From the NCBI RefSeq assembly GCF_964194025.1, contig NC_134471.1, forward strand, positions 20,150,001 to 20,214,000: 64,000 nucleotides of DNA. The letters are read 5' to 3'. Made by a program: the position numbers and the translations under genes. Positions within the stretch are counted from its first letter, which is position 1. Each line of letters opens with the position of its first letter. The notes below the pieces were generated by a model. The model ran no database searches, was not told where the DNA came from, and saw only the letters and a program-made list of their open reading frames with translations. Source of the stretch: Convolutriloba macropyga. Taxonomy: Eukaryota. This document shows, one piece after another, positions 1 through 10,300 of the stretch.

Positions 1-359
1 AGCAAGTATTGCTGTTAAATTATTCAGTCTGAAACATCATGAATATACCAAAATACTATTTTGTTAGTTCAGCATAATATTTGAAGGAAAACTTCGATGT
101 CAAGGGAAGTAGATTCTTTTGGTCTTTTCCGTTTGTGCTGCCAAGCTTATTGGGTGCAAATTATTTGCACCCCAAGATGAAATTGTTATAATTGCTTATT
201 TTTTAATGAAATAGCACGTGCTATGTAATTGGGGTTGCAAAACATACTGAGGACTCAAACGGAAAAGTTTTTCAGAAAAATAGACGTTTACTTTTTCTTA
301 GTCATTCAAGTGCATCAGCAGAAAGACTACTTCTTGAGAAGCAACAACTTTCTTCACCC

Positions 360-1430
360 CCAGATGAAAAGCATAATACAGGGAACAATAAACCGCCTGT
401 TCCGAGCCACTAGCAATTGGGAAGCGTTCCATGACGTATTGACCAAAAATGAAGAAATTTGGGAACGTAATCGATATCCTAGGCATTGGGTAGGTGGGTA
501 GGTAATATTGTCAAGGATGCAATTAACCAGCTGCTAATGAAAGAACAAATAAAAAGATATAACGAAGGTGTAGTCGTAAAACAGCAGAAACAACAATTCG
601 CATTACAGTACAGAGGCAACATCTCTAATGAATTTGTTTAAAAGCTGAACAAAATTGATCCTGTACAGACAATTTTTACCACTCGCAAACTTAAGAGCTG
701 TTTACCAAGTCTTAAGTCTAGCTTTGATAAAAACCTCAAAACCCACGTGGTTTATGAACTCACTTGTAATGGATGCAAATCCATCTATGTAGGGCAGACA
801 TGCCGACATATTACCAAAAGGGTTGCAGAGCATGCCAAAGCGGACTCACCGATGGGAATAAATGCAATTGAGTGCAGCGGTGACCAAACAGCTTTCCAGT
901 GGTGACCATTGTGGCAACCATCTAAGTTAATGGCACTAGAGGCGCTCTATATAAGAACATTGAAACCAGCCATCAACACGCGCGCGCGACGAATACCGAA
1001 CACGAGAATTGACACTGAAAGCTTAATTTGATGGTTTGGAGATAAAATTCAAACTTGAAAGAAAGACACGTTATGAAACAAAAATTTCAACTTTACAATT
1101 GAACAAACCAAAGTAAGTTTAAGGTAATTTATGTAGGTTTTTTAATAAAAAACATGTTGATATGCATCTGCTACATCAAATCGAAAATGTATATTTACTC
1201 AGATGTAAAAATTTTGTAGATACGATTGTAGATATGACAAAATTCGTTTTAAATTTCCTCGAATGATTGATTTTATTGATTTGCATTTTATCTTCTGGCT
1301 TTTCATTTTAGCATTTTGTATTGTTTATAACCTGACGATGAACTCAGAGTTCGAAAAACTTCGTAAGAAAGTTTGCAATTGACAATCCTTTTTTAAATCT
1401 TTTTTCACAACAATGCCAGATACTCCTAAA
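360..1430 (+). mobile_element. Penelope-like retroelement (PLE), 5'-truncated and degenerate: RT thumb, linker, GIY-YIG endonuclease and 3' pseudo-LTR region
   Basis: Translation across stops and frameshifts gives KSIIQGTINRLFRATSNWEAFHDVLTKNEEIWERNRYP (PLE RT thumb-like), then KTHVVYELTCNGCKSIYVGQTCRHITKRVAEH...LEALYIRTLKPAINT, the GIY-YIG signature (VVY..CxxC..YVGQT..R..EH..E..N), with a stop at about 1026. The 3' boundary is approximate. Confidence 0.85.
1322..1370 (+). ncRNA. Degenerate minimal hammerhead ribozyme motif in the PLE 3' region
   Basis: CTGACGA (1332-1338), T, perfect stem II GAACTC-A-GAGTTC (1340-1352), then GAAA (1353-1356). Stem III is minimal and stem I only partly paired. 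The position about 300 nt after a PLE ORF matches known PLE hammerheads. Confidence 0.5.
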
Positions 1431-1743
1431 TTTTTGCGTGCTCTTGTTTGCTTATAAAAAAGAATTGGACTGTGTTGTTGAAGAAGTAGTCCCTTCAACG
1501 GTTGGTTATCACTACTTTTTGGGATGACTAGATGTTTTCCCTGTTGGATCTATTGGTTCTGTTCAGACTGTATATAAGCTCCTGAAGGTGTTCTGTACAG
1601 ACTACCCAAAACAGCTCAGACTTCAGACTTCCGACTGTATACTGAACTATGATCAGGCTATCCAGTCTCTTGCCCCGGCTCCGAATAGTCTGAGCACATA
1701 CTCGTGACTGAGCCCTGAGAAGGTTTATCCAGACAGTAGATTA

Positions 1744-1884
1744 GCTTAAAACACTCACGTGCACATTTTAAAATGCCGAAAGTCTGCAGTGCCAGAAGTT
1801 AAAATTCCAGAAGCTACTACTTAGCCAGAAGTTGACTTCCCTTGACTTTCGTCATTTTAAAATGGGCACGTGAGTGTTTTGAGC
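1744..1884. mobile_element. MITE-like element, 141 bp, with 41-bp terminal inverted repeats
   Basis: gcttaaaacactcacgtgcacattttaaaatgccgaaagtc (1744-1784) is the reverse complement, with 3 mismatches, of gactttcgtcattttaaaatgggcacgtgagtgttttgagc (1844-1884). Confidence 0.7.
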
Positions 1885-1886
1885 AT

Positions 1887-2001
1887 GGTTAAGTGACTCT
1901 GCAGAAGTCACTTCAAAATTTTGACTTAATATCTCGAACTGCTTCGCGGTTCTCGATAAACACCAGAAGTGCTCAGTGATTTCAAGCAGAGTCAAATAAC
2001 C
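1887..2001. mobile_element. MITE family B, copy 1 (115 bp)
   Basis: TIR GGTTAAGTGACTCTGC...GCAGAGTCAAATAACC; a second dispersed copy of the same length with different flanks lies at 5807-5921. Confidence 0.75.
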
Positions 2002-2538
2002 GTTTCTTCTAGACTGAGTCAAAAGGTCGTGTTTTACCCGGTGTATGTCGTGCATTTGAATCTGGGTATGTTAAATTTAGTGATTGCACAACTAAACGTG
2101 GCGCTCAAAAAAAATAACGGAACCGGCTTTTAACGGAACCACACCCAATCGCCTCCCCATCTACCACTTTGAGTGTTTACATCTTAATATTGATGTTTGT
2201 GTTAACACTCGCTAGTTCTATCATCAGGTTATCATGCAAACCGCATAATTGTTTCTGAAACGCTCATCACCTCACTCAAAACACAAACTTCAGTGAAAAA
2301 CAAATCAATAGCTTACGGGCGGGAGGTAGTTGTTCTCGCGTTTTTTCCATAATAGCCCTCACCCCAGGAAGTTATAGCCCTCATTATGTTGTTTACATCA
2401 TGCAGAGGGGCTATACGCTCGCCCACTAAGATGGGGTGCTTTAAGGACTCAAATTTAGCTTAGTTTTTATCCGCGATTGAAAGATGGGCTCCAAAAATCT
2501 GAATTCGAAGTTACAATGAATGATTACAAATTTATAAT

Positions 2539-3332
2539 TCAATTACTGTGTAGCTCATATATGGGTCCAACCTTGATCCATTTATCAACTGGAAACTCGA
2601 TCTTGCTTTTGCCATTTCCGTCATTGTAATCCACAACTATTTTCTCAAGATACCAGTCGGGTGCAAAACCACAGGGTCCTTTTAAATTCAGATAGAGTTT
2701 CTTCAGCTTGCCCAAGTTACTGGGCAACATTTTGGGGTAATATCCAACTTTACCCGCCTCGAAATCGTTGCCTTTGGAGTCCAACCCGAGCCAATTGGAG
2801 TTCTTATTCTCCCCCACGACTTGGATGAAAACATTACAACTGGTCCCCGCCTTTTTGGGTCTTTACCATTATAGTGGCATGTCTCAGTGCTCATATAAGG
2901 TATATGAGCCCCCCCCCCAATAACTGCAAAATGTACCATAATGGACGCTTCTTACATTTTTAAGTGGACGATAATAGACAGTTCTTACCTTTTAAAACCT
3001 ACGACAACCGACTATTTGTCGTTTTAAAAACAACAAAAACACTGAAACTGCCGGCAAAAAACCCAAGGGTTTTGATCAGTTTGAACGAAGTAGATCGGAA
3101 GAAAATCGACGATTCCTTATGTGTGAAAATCATAAAATTCTCAACAAGGGCTATGATTCCGTGCGGAATTATAATGGGAAAGACTGGCCTTTTCTTTATC
3201 TCCTGTGTACACTTCGAACACATTTTCCAGTTTATCGCCACGCCGGTGATACGACGCAGTAATTGCAGCCAAACAAACCCATGTAGCAAAAAAAGTTGCC
3301 GCGTTCACTTTAATTGTATAAAAGAGCCCCAT
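2539..3332 (-). CDS. Putative secreted single PLAT/LH2-domain protein, copy 1 (exons 3332-3189 and 2850-2539; 151 aa if spliced)
   Basis: Joined product: MGLFYTIKVNAATFFATWVCLAAITAS...VFEVYTGDKEK|AGTSCNVFIQVVGENKNSNWLGLDSKGNDFEAGK...LGKLKKLYL...PDWYLEKIVV...FPVDKWI. It carries the PLAT motifs (V.TGD..AGT..V.I...G, DFE.G, LG.L, W.LE.I.V, FP..W) and a hydrophobic N-terminus. The junction needs a GC-AG intron, otherwise the gene is a TE-disrupted pseudogene. Confidence 0.72.
2857..3186. mobile_element. Non-autonomous TIR DNA transposon inserted in the PLAT gene (forms the putative intron 2851-3188)
   Basis: Ends GGGTCTTTACCATTATA ... TATAATGGGAAAGACTG, flanked by an 8-bp direct repeat gccttttt (2849-2856) / gccttttc (3187-3194). 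Same TIR as the elements at 4364-4489 and 25585-25704. Confidence 0.85.
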
Positions 3333-3577
3333 TTTGTAAACAAACTGCTTGGTTTGATTCACAATGTACACTCGAACTTGAGACAATAAGTTTTGAGCTG
3401 ATAAATGAAAAATGGTTTGCTATAAACAATTGAACCTTTTTTAATGCAATTTACCGCAAATCTGGAAATAAAAGTCACAATCTCCAAAAACATAGTTGAT
3501 TTATGCGGAATCATCCATTTGAACATCTTTTAATGATAAGGGCGCGCATAGGAATACATATTGTAAGAAGTAAGCTG

Positions 3578-4160
3578 NNNNNNNNNNNNNNNNNNNNNNN
3601 NNNNNNNNNNNNNNNNNNNNNNNNNNNNNNNNNNNNNNNNNNNNNNNNNNNNNNNNNNNNNNNNNNNNNNNNNNNNNNNNNNNNNNNNNNNNNNNNNNNN
3701 NNNNNNNNNNNNNNNNNNNNNNNNNNNNNNNNNNNNNNNNNNNNNNNNNNNNNNNNNNNNNNNNNNNNNNNNNNNNNNNNNNNNNNNNNNNNNNNNNNNN
3801 NNNNNNNNNNNNNNNNNNNNNNNNNNNNNNNNNNNNNNNNNNNNNNNNNNNNNNNNNNNNNNNNNNNNNNNNNNNNNNNNNNNNNNNNNNNNNNNNNNNN
3901 NNNNNNNNNNNNNNNNNNNNNNNNNNNNNNNNNNNNNNNNNNNNNNNNNNNNNNNNNNNNNNNNNNNNNNNNNNNNNNNNNNNNNNNNNNNNNNNNNNNN
4001 NNNNNNNNNNNNNNNNNNNNNNNNNNNNNNNNNNNNNNNNNNNNNNNNNNNNNNNNNNNNNNNNNNNNNNNNNNNNNNNNNNNNNNNNNNNNNNNNNNNN
4101 NNNNNNNNNNNNNNNNNNNNNNNNNNNNNNNNNNNNNNNNNNNNNNNNNNNNNNNNNNNN
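3578..4160. other. Assembly gap (583 N)
   Basis: Run of N inside the PLAT tandem duplication. Confidence 1.
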
Positions 4161-4184
4161 GGGCGTTTTTAGTATAAAAATTAG

Positions 4185-4363
4185 GGGTCTTTCCGATAAT
4201 AACCCCCCCCCCCTGTTTAGTGGTCAGATAACCTATAGCCCCGCCCCCAATTATGGTAAATATACCAAAGTGGGGGCCAATAATTTCATGGGGGGATGGC
4301 GGGCTATATTGGGGGCCTAAAAAGAGTGAATATTGAGATATTAAATTGGGAACAGGTACTTAG
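4185..4363 (+). mobile_element. Partial element of the GGGTCTTTCCCATTATAGCCCC TIR family (one TIR only); paralogous copy at 6107-6283
   Basis: Begins gggtctttccgataataacccc...tagtggtcagataacctatagcccc, the same internal motif as 25585-25704. No right TIR seen. Confidence 0.6.
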
Positions 4364-4489
4364 GGGTCTTTCTCTTTCCCATTATAGCCCCCCCACGAAA
4401 ATATGGCCCCCCATTATGGAAAAATTACAAAGATTGGGGGGATATAGTTATCTGACCACTAAGCTGGGGGGCTATAATGGGAAAGACCC
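4364..4489. mobile_element. MITE (126 bp) of the GGGTCTTTCCCATTATAGCCCC TIR family with a perfect 8-bp TSD
   Basis: GTACTTAG (4356-4363) | gggtctttc...ccattatagcccc ... ggggctataatgggaaagaccc | GTACTTAG (4490-4497). Confidence 0.9.
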
Positions 4490-4685
4490 GTACTTAGTTA
4501 CAATCATCACTCATCCTAGGAAATTATAGCCCCCATTATGTTTATATCAGGCGGATGGGCTATACGCTCGCCCACTAAGATGGGGTGCTTTAAGGACCCT
4601 CAAATTTAGCTTAATTTATACCCGCGATTGAAAGATGGGCTCCAAAAATCCGAATTACTAAGTTACTTGGTTACAAATTTATATT

Positions 4686-5499
4686 TCAACTACTCTGTAG
4701 CTCATATATGCGTGCGACATTGATCCATTTATCAATTGGAAACTCAATCTTGCTTTTGCCGTTTCCGTCATTGTAATCCACAACTATTTTCTCAAGATAC
4801 CAGTCGGGTGCAAAACCACAGGGTCCTTTTAAATTCAGATAGAGTTTCTTCAGCTTGCCCAAGTTACTGGGCAACATTTTGGGGTAATATCCAACTTTAC
4901 CCGCCTCGAAATCGTTGCCTTTGGAGTCCAACCCGAGCCAATTGGAGTTCTTATTCTCCCCCACGACTTGGATGAAAACATTACAACTGGTCCCCGCCTT
5001 GGTCCCCGCCTTTTTGGGTCTTTACCATTATAGTGGCATGTCTCAGTGCTCATATAAGGTATATGAGCCCCCCCCCCAATAACTGCAAAACTGCAAAATG
5101 TACCATAATGGACGCTTCTTACATTTTTAAGTGGACGATAATAGACAGTTCTTACCTATTAAAACCTACGACAACCGACAATTTGTCGTTTTAAAAACAA
5201 CAAAAACACTGAAACTGCCGGCAAAAAACCCAAGGGTTTTGATCAGTTTGAACGAAGTAGATCGGAAGAAAATCGACGATTCCTTATGTGTGAAAATCAT
5301 AAAATTCTCAACAAGGGCTATGATTCCGTGCGGAATTATAATGGGAAAGACTGGCCTTTTCTTTATCTCCTGTGTACACTTCGAACACATTTTCCAGTTT
5401 ATCGCCACGCCGGTGATACGACGCAGTAATTGCAGCCAAACAAACCCATGTAGCAAAAAAAGTTGCCGCGTTCACTTTAATTGTATAAAAGAGCCCCAT
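4686..5499 (-). CDS. Putative secreted single PLAT/LH2-domain protein, copy 2 (exons 5499-5356 and 5009[or 4997]-4686)
   Basis: Near-identical to copy 1 with open exons. It has a 12-bp in-frame duplication at the acceptor, and the C-terminus differs (FPIDKWINVARIYELQSS). Confidence 0.7.
5016..5353. mobile_element. TIR transposon / putative intron in PLAT copy 2
   Basis: Same TIRs and TSD (gccttttt 5008-5015 / gccttttc 5354-5361) as 2857-3186. Confidence 0.85.
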
Positions 5500-5806
5500 T
5501 TTGTAAACAAACTGCTTGGTGTGATTCACAATGTACACTCGAACTTGAGACAATAAGTTTTGAGCTGATAAATGAAAAATGGTTTGCTATAAACAATTGA
5601 ACCTTTTTTAATGCAATTTACCGCAAATCTGGAAATAAAAGTCACAATCTCCAAAAACATAGTTGATTTATGCGGAATCATCCATTTGAACATCTTTTAA
5701 TGATAAGGGCGCGCATAGGAATACATATTGTAAGAAGTAAGCTGGATCTATTCTGTAACATCCTCCTCCTCAACATGGATTTAAATTACTACGGCAATTT
5801 ACTCAT

Positions 5807-5921
5807 GGTTAATTGACTCTGCAGAAGTCACTTCGAAATTCTGACTTAATATCTCGAACCGCTTCTTGGTTCTCGATAAACGCCAGAAATTCTCAGTGAC
5901 TTCAAGCAGAGTCACTTAACC
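5807..5921. mobile_element. MITE family B, copy 2 (115 bp)
   Basis: GGTTAATTGACTCTGC...GCAGAGTCACTTAACC with AT on both flanks; homologous to 1887-2001. Confidence 0.75.
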
Positions 5922-6287
5922 ATTACGTCACAATCTCCGAAATCGGAACCATCCATTATACGGAACCATCCATTTGAACATCTTTTAATGATAAGGGCGC
6001 GCAAAAGAAATACATATTGTAAGAAGTAAACTGGATCTATTCTGTAACATCCTCCTCCTACTACCCCAACCCCCAACTTAAAGGGCGTTTTTAGTGTAAA
6101 AATTAGGGGTCTTTACAATTATAGCCCCCCCCCCCCCGGCTTAGTAGTCAGATAACCTATAGCCCCCCAATCATGGTAAATATACAATAGTGGGGGGCAA
6201 TAAATTCATGGGGTACGGGGGGCTACATTGGGGGGCCAGAAAAGAGTGGATATTGAGATATTTAATTGGGAACAAGTACTTAGGGGT

Positions 6288-9200
6288 AATTTACTTTACC
6301 ATTCTCAAAATACACATATCCAATTTTTGCACAAAGAAATTCATCAAGACTAAGAATCCTAATCGATCTGCGACGAATCAAACATCTTCTTATACATGAG
6401 TAAGAGAACATTAACTTTGCAGTCCCGAAAAAGGCTGATGCAACTGCACACCTAGCTGGAAAGAGAATATTTGCCAAAATGGATTGCAGCCAAGCATATT
6501 TTTTTATTCAGTCGGCAGATGATTTGAGTACCCAATTACTAGCATTCAATTTTAGTGGACGTACTTTTGCCTTCAAACCTCAAGCTCACGGTCTCAGTTG
6601 CTCACCAACAGCATTCAGCTCCCGTGTTAGTAAACATTCGGAATCTGTAGTAGCAAATGACGAATGTTTTGTCTACTTTAATGAACGCGGTAGTCGTGCT
6701 ATAGATGGAAACTCTCTCACAGATAACTAAGAACATATTTTTGCGTGCATAGAAAAATTGGCTGAGAAACTCTTTATTGAAAAATGTCAACTTGGAACAA
6801 AGGAAATCAAATCTCTTGGTCAACCAATTACGGAACATGGAATATGCCCAAACCGTGAACAACCTTTAAAAACCTTTGAAAACTATCAAGATGCCTAAAA
6901 CGAATAAGCAAGTACGACGGCTTATCGTATTTGTCCAAAGTTTCCACAAATTCATAGCCAATATAGCTGTAAAGCTGTTACCATTCTTTAAACTTCTGAG
7001 AAATGACCAAGAATTTTTAATCAAAAAAGAACATCAAGAAAGCCTCGCTATATTGAAATCAGACTTCCCTCGCTCCTCTGAAATTTTCCTGAAAATGGCA
7101 AAATCTGGACGTCAATTAGTCATCGTCAGTGACGCGCGTTGTGTTGCCGCGGGATATATTCTTCTCATTGAAGACGAGGTTTGTCACTCTATTGACAAAC
7201 GTGAAAAACTGTATGCTCCAGTTGCTTTTGGTTCACGTCTCTTCTCACCCAATCAACTAAAATTTTCCATATACGTTAAGAAATCTTTCAATGTCTACTT
7301 TGCATTTGAAGCATTTGGACACTATGTATGGGGAGTAACTGACAAACCGATCATAGTTCTAACAGATAACAAAAGCGTTACGCGGGTTTTTTAAGCGAAA
7401 CAATTACCTGGTAGTTTGTGGAACGCATTAGACTAAGTTCTTGCATCTAAATTTCAGTTGGGACATTTTCCCGGTAAATGGCGCTGCCGATTATCTCTCC
7501 CGAATCTATGTTAACCCATCAACAAAATTTCAAATGAAGATCAAAAACGAAGTTCGCGTTCAGAACATTGAATTGAAAATTTTATCAACAAAGCCTGGAC
7601 ACACTCCCCACAGAAATATATCAACCAAACTTTATAAGCACAACGACAACAATGACCATCAATAGCGTAGAAGAAAACATTCTAGCAAATAATGCTTCTC
7701 GAAGACAATACATTGTATTCAATGGCTGAAGAAAATTCAATTGATAAACTCATTTTGGATTTTAAATTAGAGTCACTAGAAATTCGCTGAACAAACAACT
7801 GACATAGATAATGCTAAGACGATACGATGGATTGCGAAACGACAGAAAATAAAATCCAACACAACTTATCCATCGTATGATTCACAAATATATCACAAGC
7901 AAATGAATAGAATTGTTCTTGTAAATCTTGTACTGTACAGAAAATTCATTGATCACACAAGAAAAGTAGTTGCAAAATAACTTGTACTACCGGAAACCTT
8001 AAGAGAGGGACTTCAATACCAAATACAAGATTCTAAGATCAAAGGCCATTTGGGTATACAAAAAAACTATCACTGAGTTCCAAAGAAAAAATTACTTTCC
8101 TGGTTTCATTGAATTTCTGAGTGTATATTTCAACAACTGTTTATCTTCTCTTGCTTCAAAATCGCCAAAACGTGAAATAGTTACACCGCTACTGAACCCG
8201 GTAAGCTTGATCACAAGCAAAAGACTTACTTCAAGTTGATGTTGTTGGCAAAAATCAGGTGGTTAATCCTTCGTGGTAACAGCAATGGATGCATTTTCCA
8301 AATACCTATTTGCCCAACCAATAACCTTGCCCTCAGCTGAGGGTATTACAAAAGTCTTAAGGAACTGATTACTACAACAATCATATATTCCACTGTCAAT
8401 TTGAACTGATTAAAGATCAGCGTTCAAAGTCCAACTCATAAGTGAAGTAGCCAGAATGCTTGAAGTAAAATGAAACCACGCATCTGTAAAACACGCACAA
8501 ACAATTGATCTTTTGGAGCGAACGCATGGACCACAGAAACGGTACTTGAAAATTTACGAAAACACAGAAAACATGACTGGCATAAATACATTGACTTGGC
8601 TGTTTTTCAACAAAACACACAGCCCTAGTTGGTCCACCTACTCTAATCTCTTAAAGGAGAGTACCATTGAATCCAATTGATCTCCGATTTAAAAAAAAAC
8701 GTTACCAAGGTTCTCATCAAAATATGATTACGTAAGCGAAATCCAAACCAAAAAGATGGATCATTTTTCAGATGTGAAAGAACCACTAATAATGTCTTTA
8801 AAAAAACTGCGAATACTATGACAGGAAAACAAAAACTGTTCCACTAAAACAACGACCAATATTGCATGCTTCTTCATCCAAAAATTTCAGTTAAATATGA
8901 CAAAAATGGAAACCTAGAATGCAAACGGGTAAGCGTACATAGGATAGAAAAAGTCCTTACAAAAAGAGAGCATATGGAAAGCATAATAATTCCAAAATTT
9001 CATCAAATGAAGTAACAGAAAACACAACACCTAATATAAACTCACCAGAAAGCCCTTCATCATATAAGGTGCCGCCTTCATCTGTATAATCTCCAATTCA
9101 AAAAGACAATGCTCAAGCCATATCCAGAATTAGCAGTGCACTGACAACAAAATATTTTGACCCGAAAGCCCCGGTTTAAAACCTTTGTAATTTTCTGAAA
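6288..9200 (+). pseudogene. Ty3/Gypsy pol pseudogene: reverse transcriptase, RNase H, integrase (5'-truncated; no gag or protease seen)
   Basis: RT: IFAKMDCSQAYF...TFAF...GLSCSPTAFS...CFVYFNE (decayed YxDD). RNase H: LVIVSDA...PVAFGSRLFS...IIVLTDNKS. Integrase: GHLGIQKT...C..C zinc finger (best preserved in the 4th repeat copy), LQVDVVG, MDAFSKYLFA, LERTHG. RT-RH-IN order, with many stops and frameshifts. Confidence 0.92.
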
Positions 9201-10080
9201 ATCAAAAAAACAACAACAACAGCAACATATACAACAACAAGCACAACAGCCTTCAACAAGCCCATCAGTTCCTCTGTCAGTTTTAGGACCACATGTATCT
9301 AATAAAACATCTCGTTACCGAAGGCAACGAAAACAAACCCATTTCTATCAATCGGAAAAGTAAATATTACTTTACTTCATATCACCATTGCTTCACCCTC
9401 ATAACTATAAAAACTTATTATAATCTTGACCTTCTCACCGTCATTTACCCTAGCTGTTTTAATTTCCATTACTTTTTTTGATCTCAAACTTTAATTGTTT
9501 TACAATTTGTTCATTGAATCGTTAGTACCATTATATATCAAGACGTTAGCCTAATATTGCATATACACACCGCGTATTCCATACTATAGCGAGTAGCTAT
9601 GCAGACTACTGAGCACTGTTTCCATCAGTGACTAAGGAAATAGTGATTCCTAAATTTTCAAACAAGTAGTCAAAAAATTTCATCCTATTGCCATTCTTAA
9701 TACATTAAGGGAAAAAAATGTGAAAGTTATGCAAAAACAAAACCTTTTTAAAAACTCTAATTGCGAGATATTGACCAACTCATTGCCGGCTTTCGATTGA
9801 TACATATTTCAATTACTCAACTCAATACAGAAAACAGGGGTAAATGACTTGAGATTCCATACCATATATTCTTTGACTGCATTTATTTAGTCTGCAGTTT
9901 TCATTTTGCGGCCATTTTGGAATCAATTGCCCATGCATGACGAATGACTCAAGCTCTTACAAGCTTCCATGGCATGCTGAGCCACCACACAGACGAATGT
10001 TATTTTATTAGTGGAATAACAAATCCTCCACGAATGTTTCTTTATATGTTTTTGCCACTGTAGAGTAAGGTTAAAAATAA

Positions 10081-10300
10081 TCTCACTTCCTTTTACTTTA
10101 TTTTCTCACTTTCTTTTCTCACTTTTTTTCTCACTTTCTTTTCTCACTTTCTTTTCTCACTTTCTTTTTTCAGTTTCTTTTCTCACCTTCTTTTCTCACT
10201 TTTTTTCTCACTTTCTTTTCTTACTTTCTTTTCTCACTCTCTTTTCTCACTTTCTTTTCTCGCTTTCTTTTCTCACTTTGTCTTTTCACTTTTCCTTTCT
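10081..10300. repeat. Pyrimidine-rich ~14-bp minisatellite (TTTCTTTTCTCACT)n at junction 1/2
   Basis: Tandem tttcttttctcact variants directly visible. Confidence 0.95.

Larger units (their letters stand above)
2355..6287. repeat. Tandem duplication of a ~2-kb unit containing the PLAT gene
   Basis: About 2355-3577 matches about 4510-5743, and 4161-4367 matches 6083-6287. ORF pairs are offset by 2147-2167 nt. The outer boundary is approximate. Confidence 0.9.

Noticed and set aside
3183-3184. Canonical GT donor inside the TIR (GCCA|GTCTTT) as an alternative for the PLAT intron
   Set aside because: It is phase 1, while the nearby AG acceptors are phase 0 or 2, so it would frameshift exon 2. 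Only the GC donor restores the domain.
2964-3389. 141-aa plus-strand ORF (and its copy at 5131-5556)
   Set aside because: GTG start, antisense to PLAT exon 1 and running through the transposon insert, with no recognisable homology.
3503-4177. 224-aa ORF
   Set aside because: Artefact of translating through the N gap.
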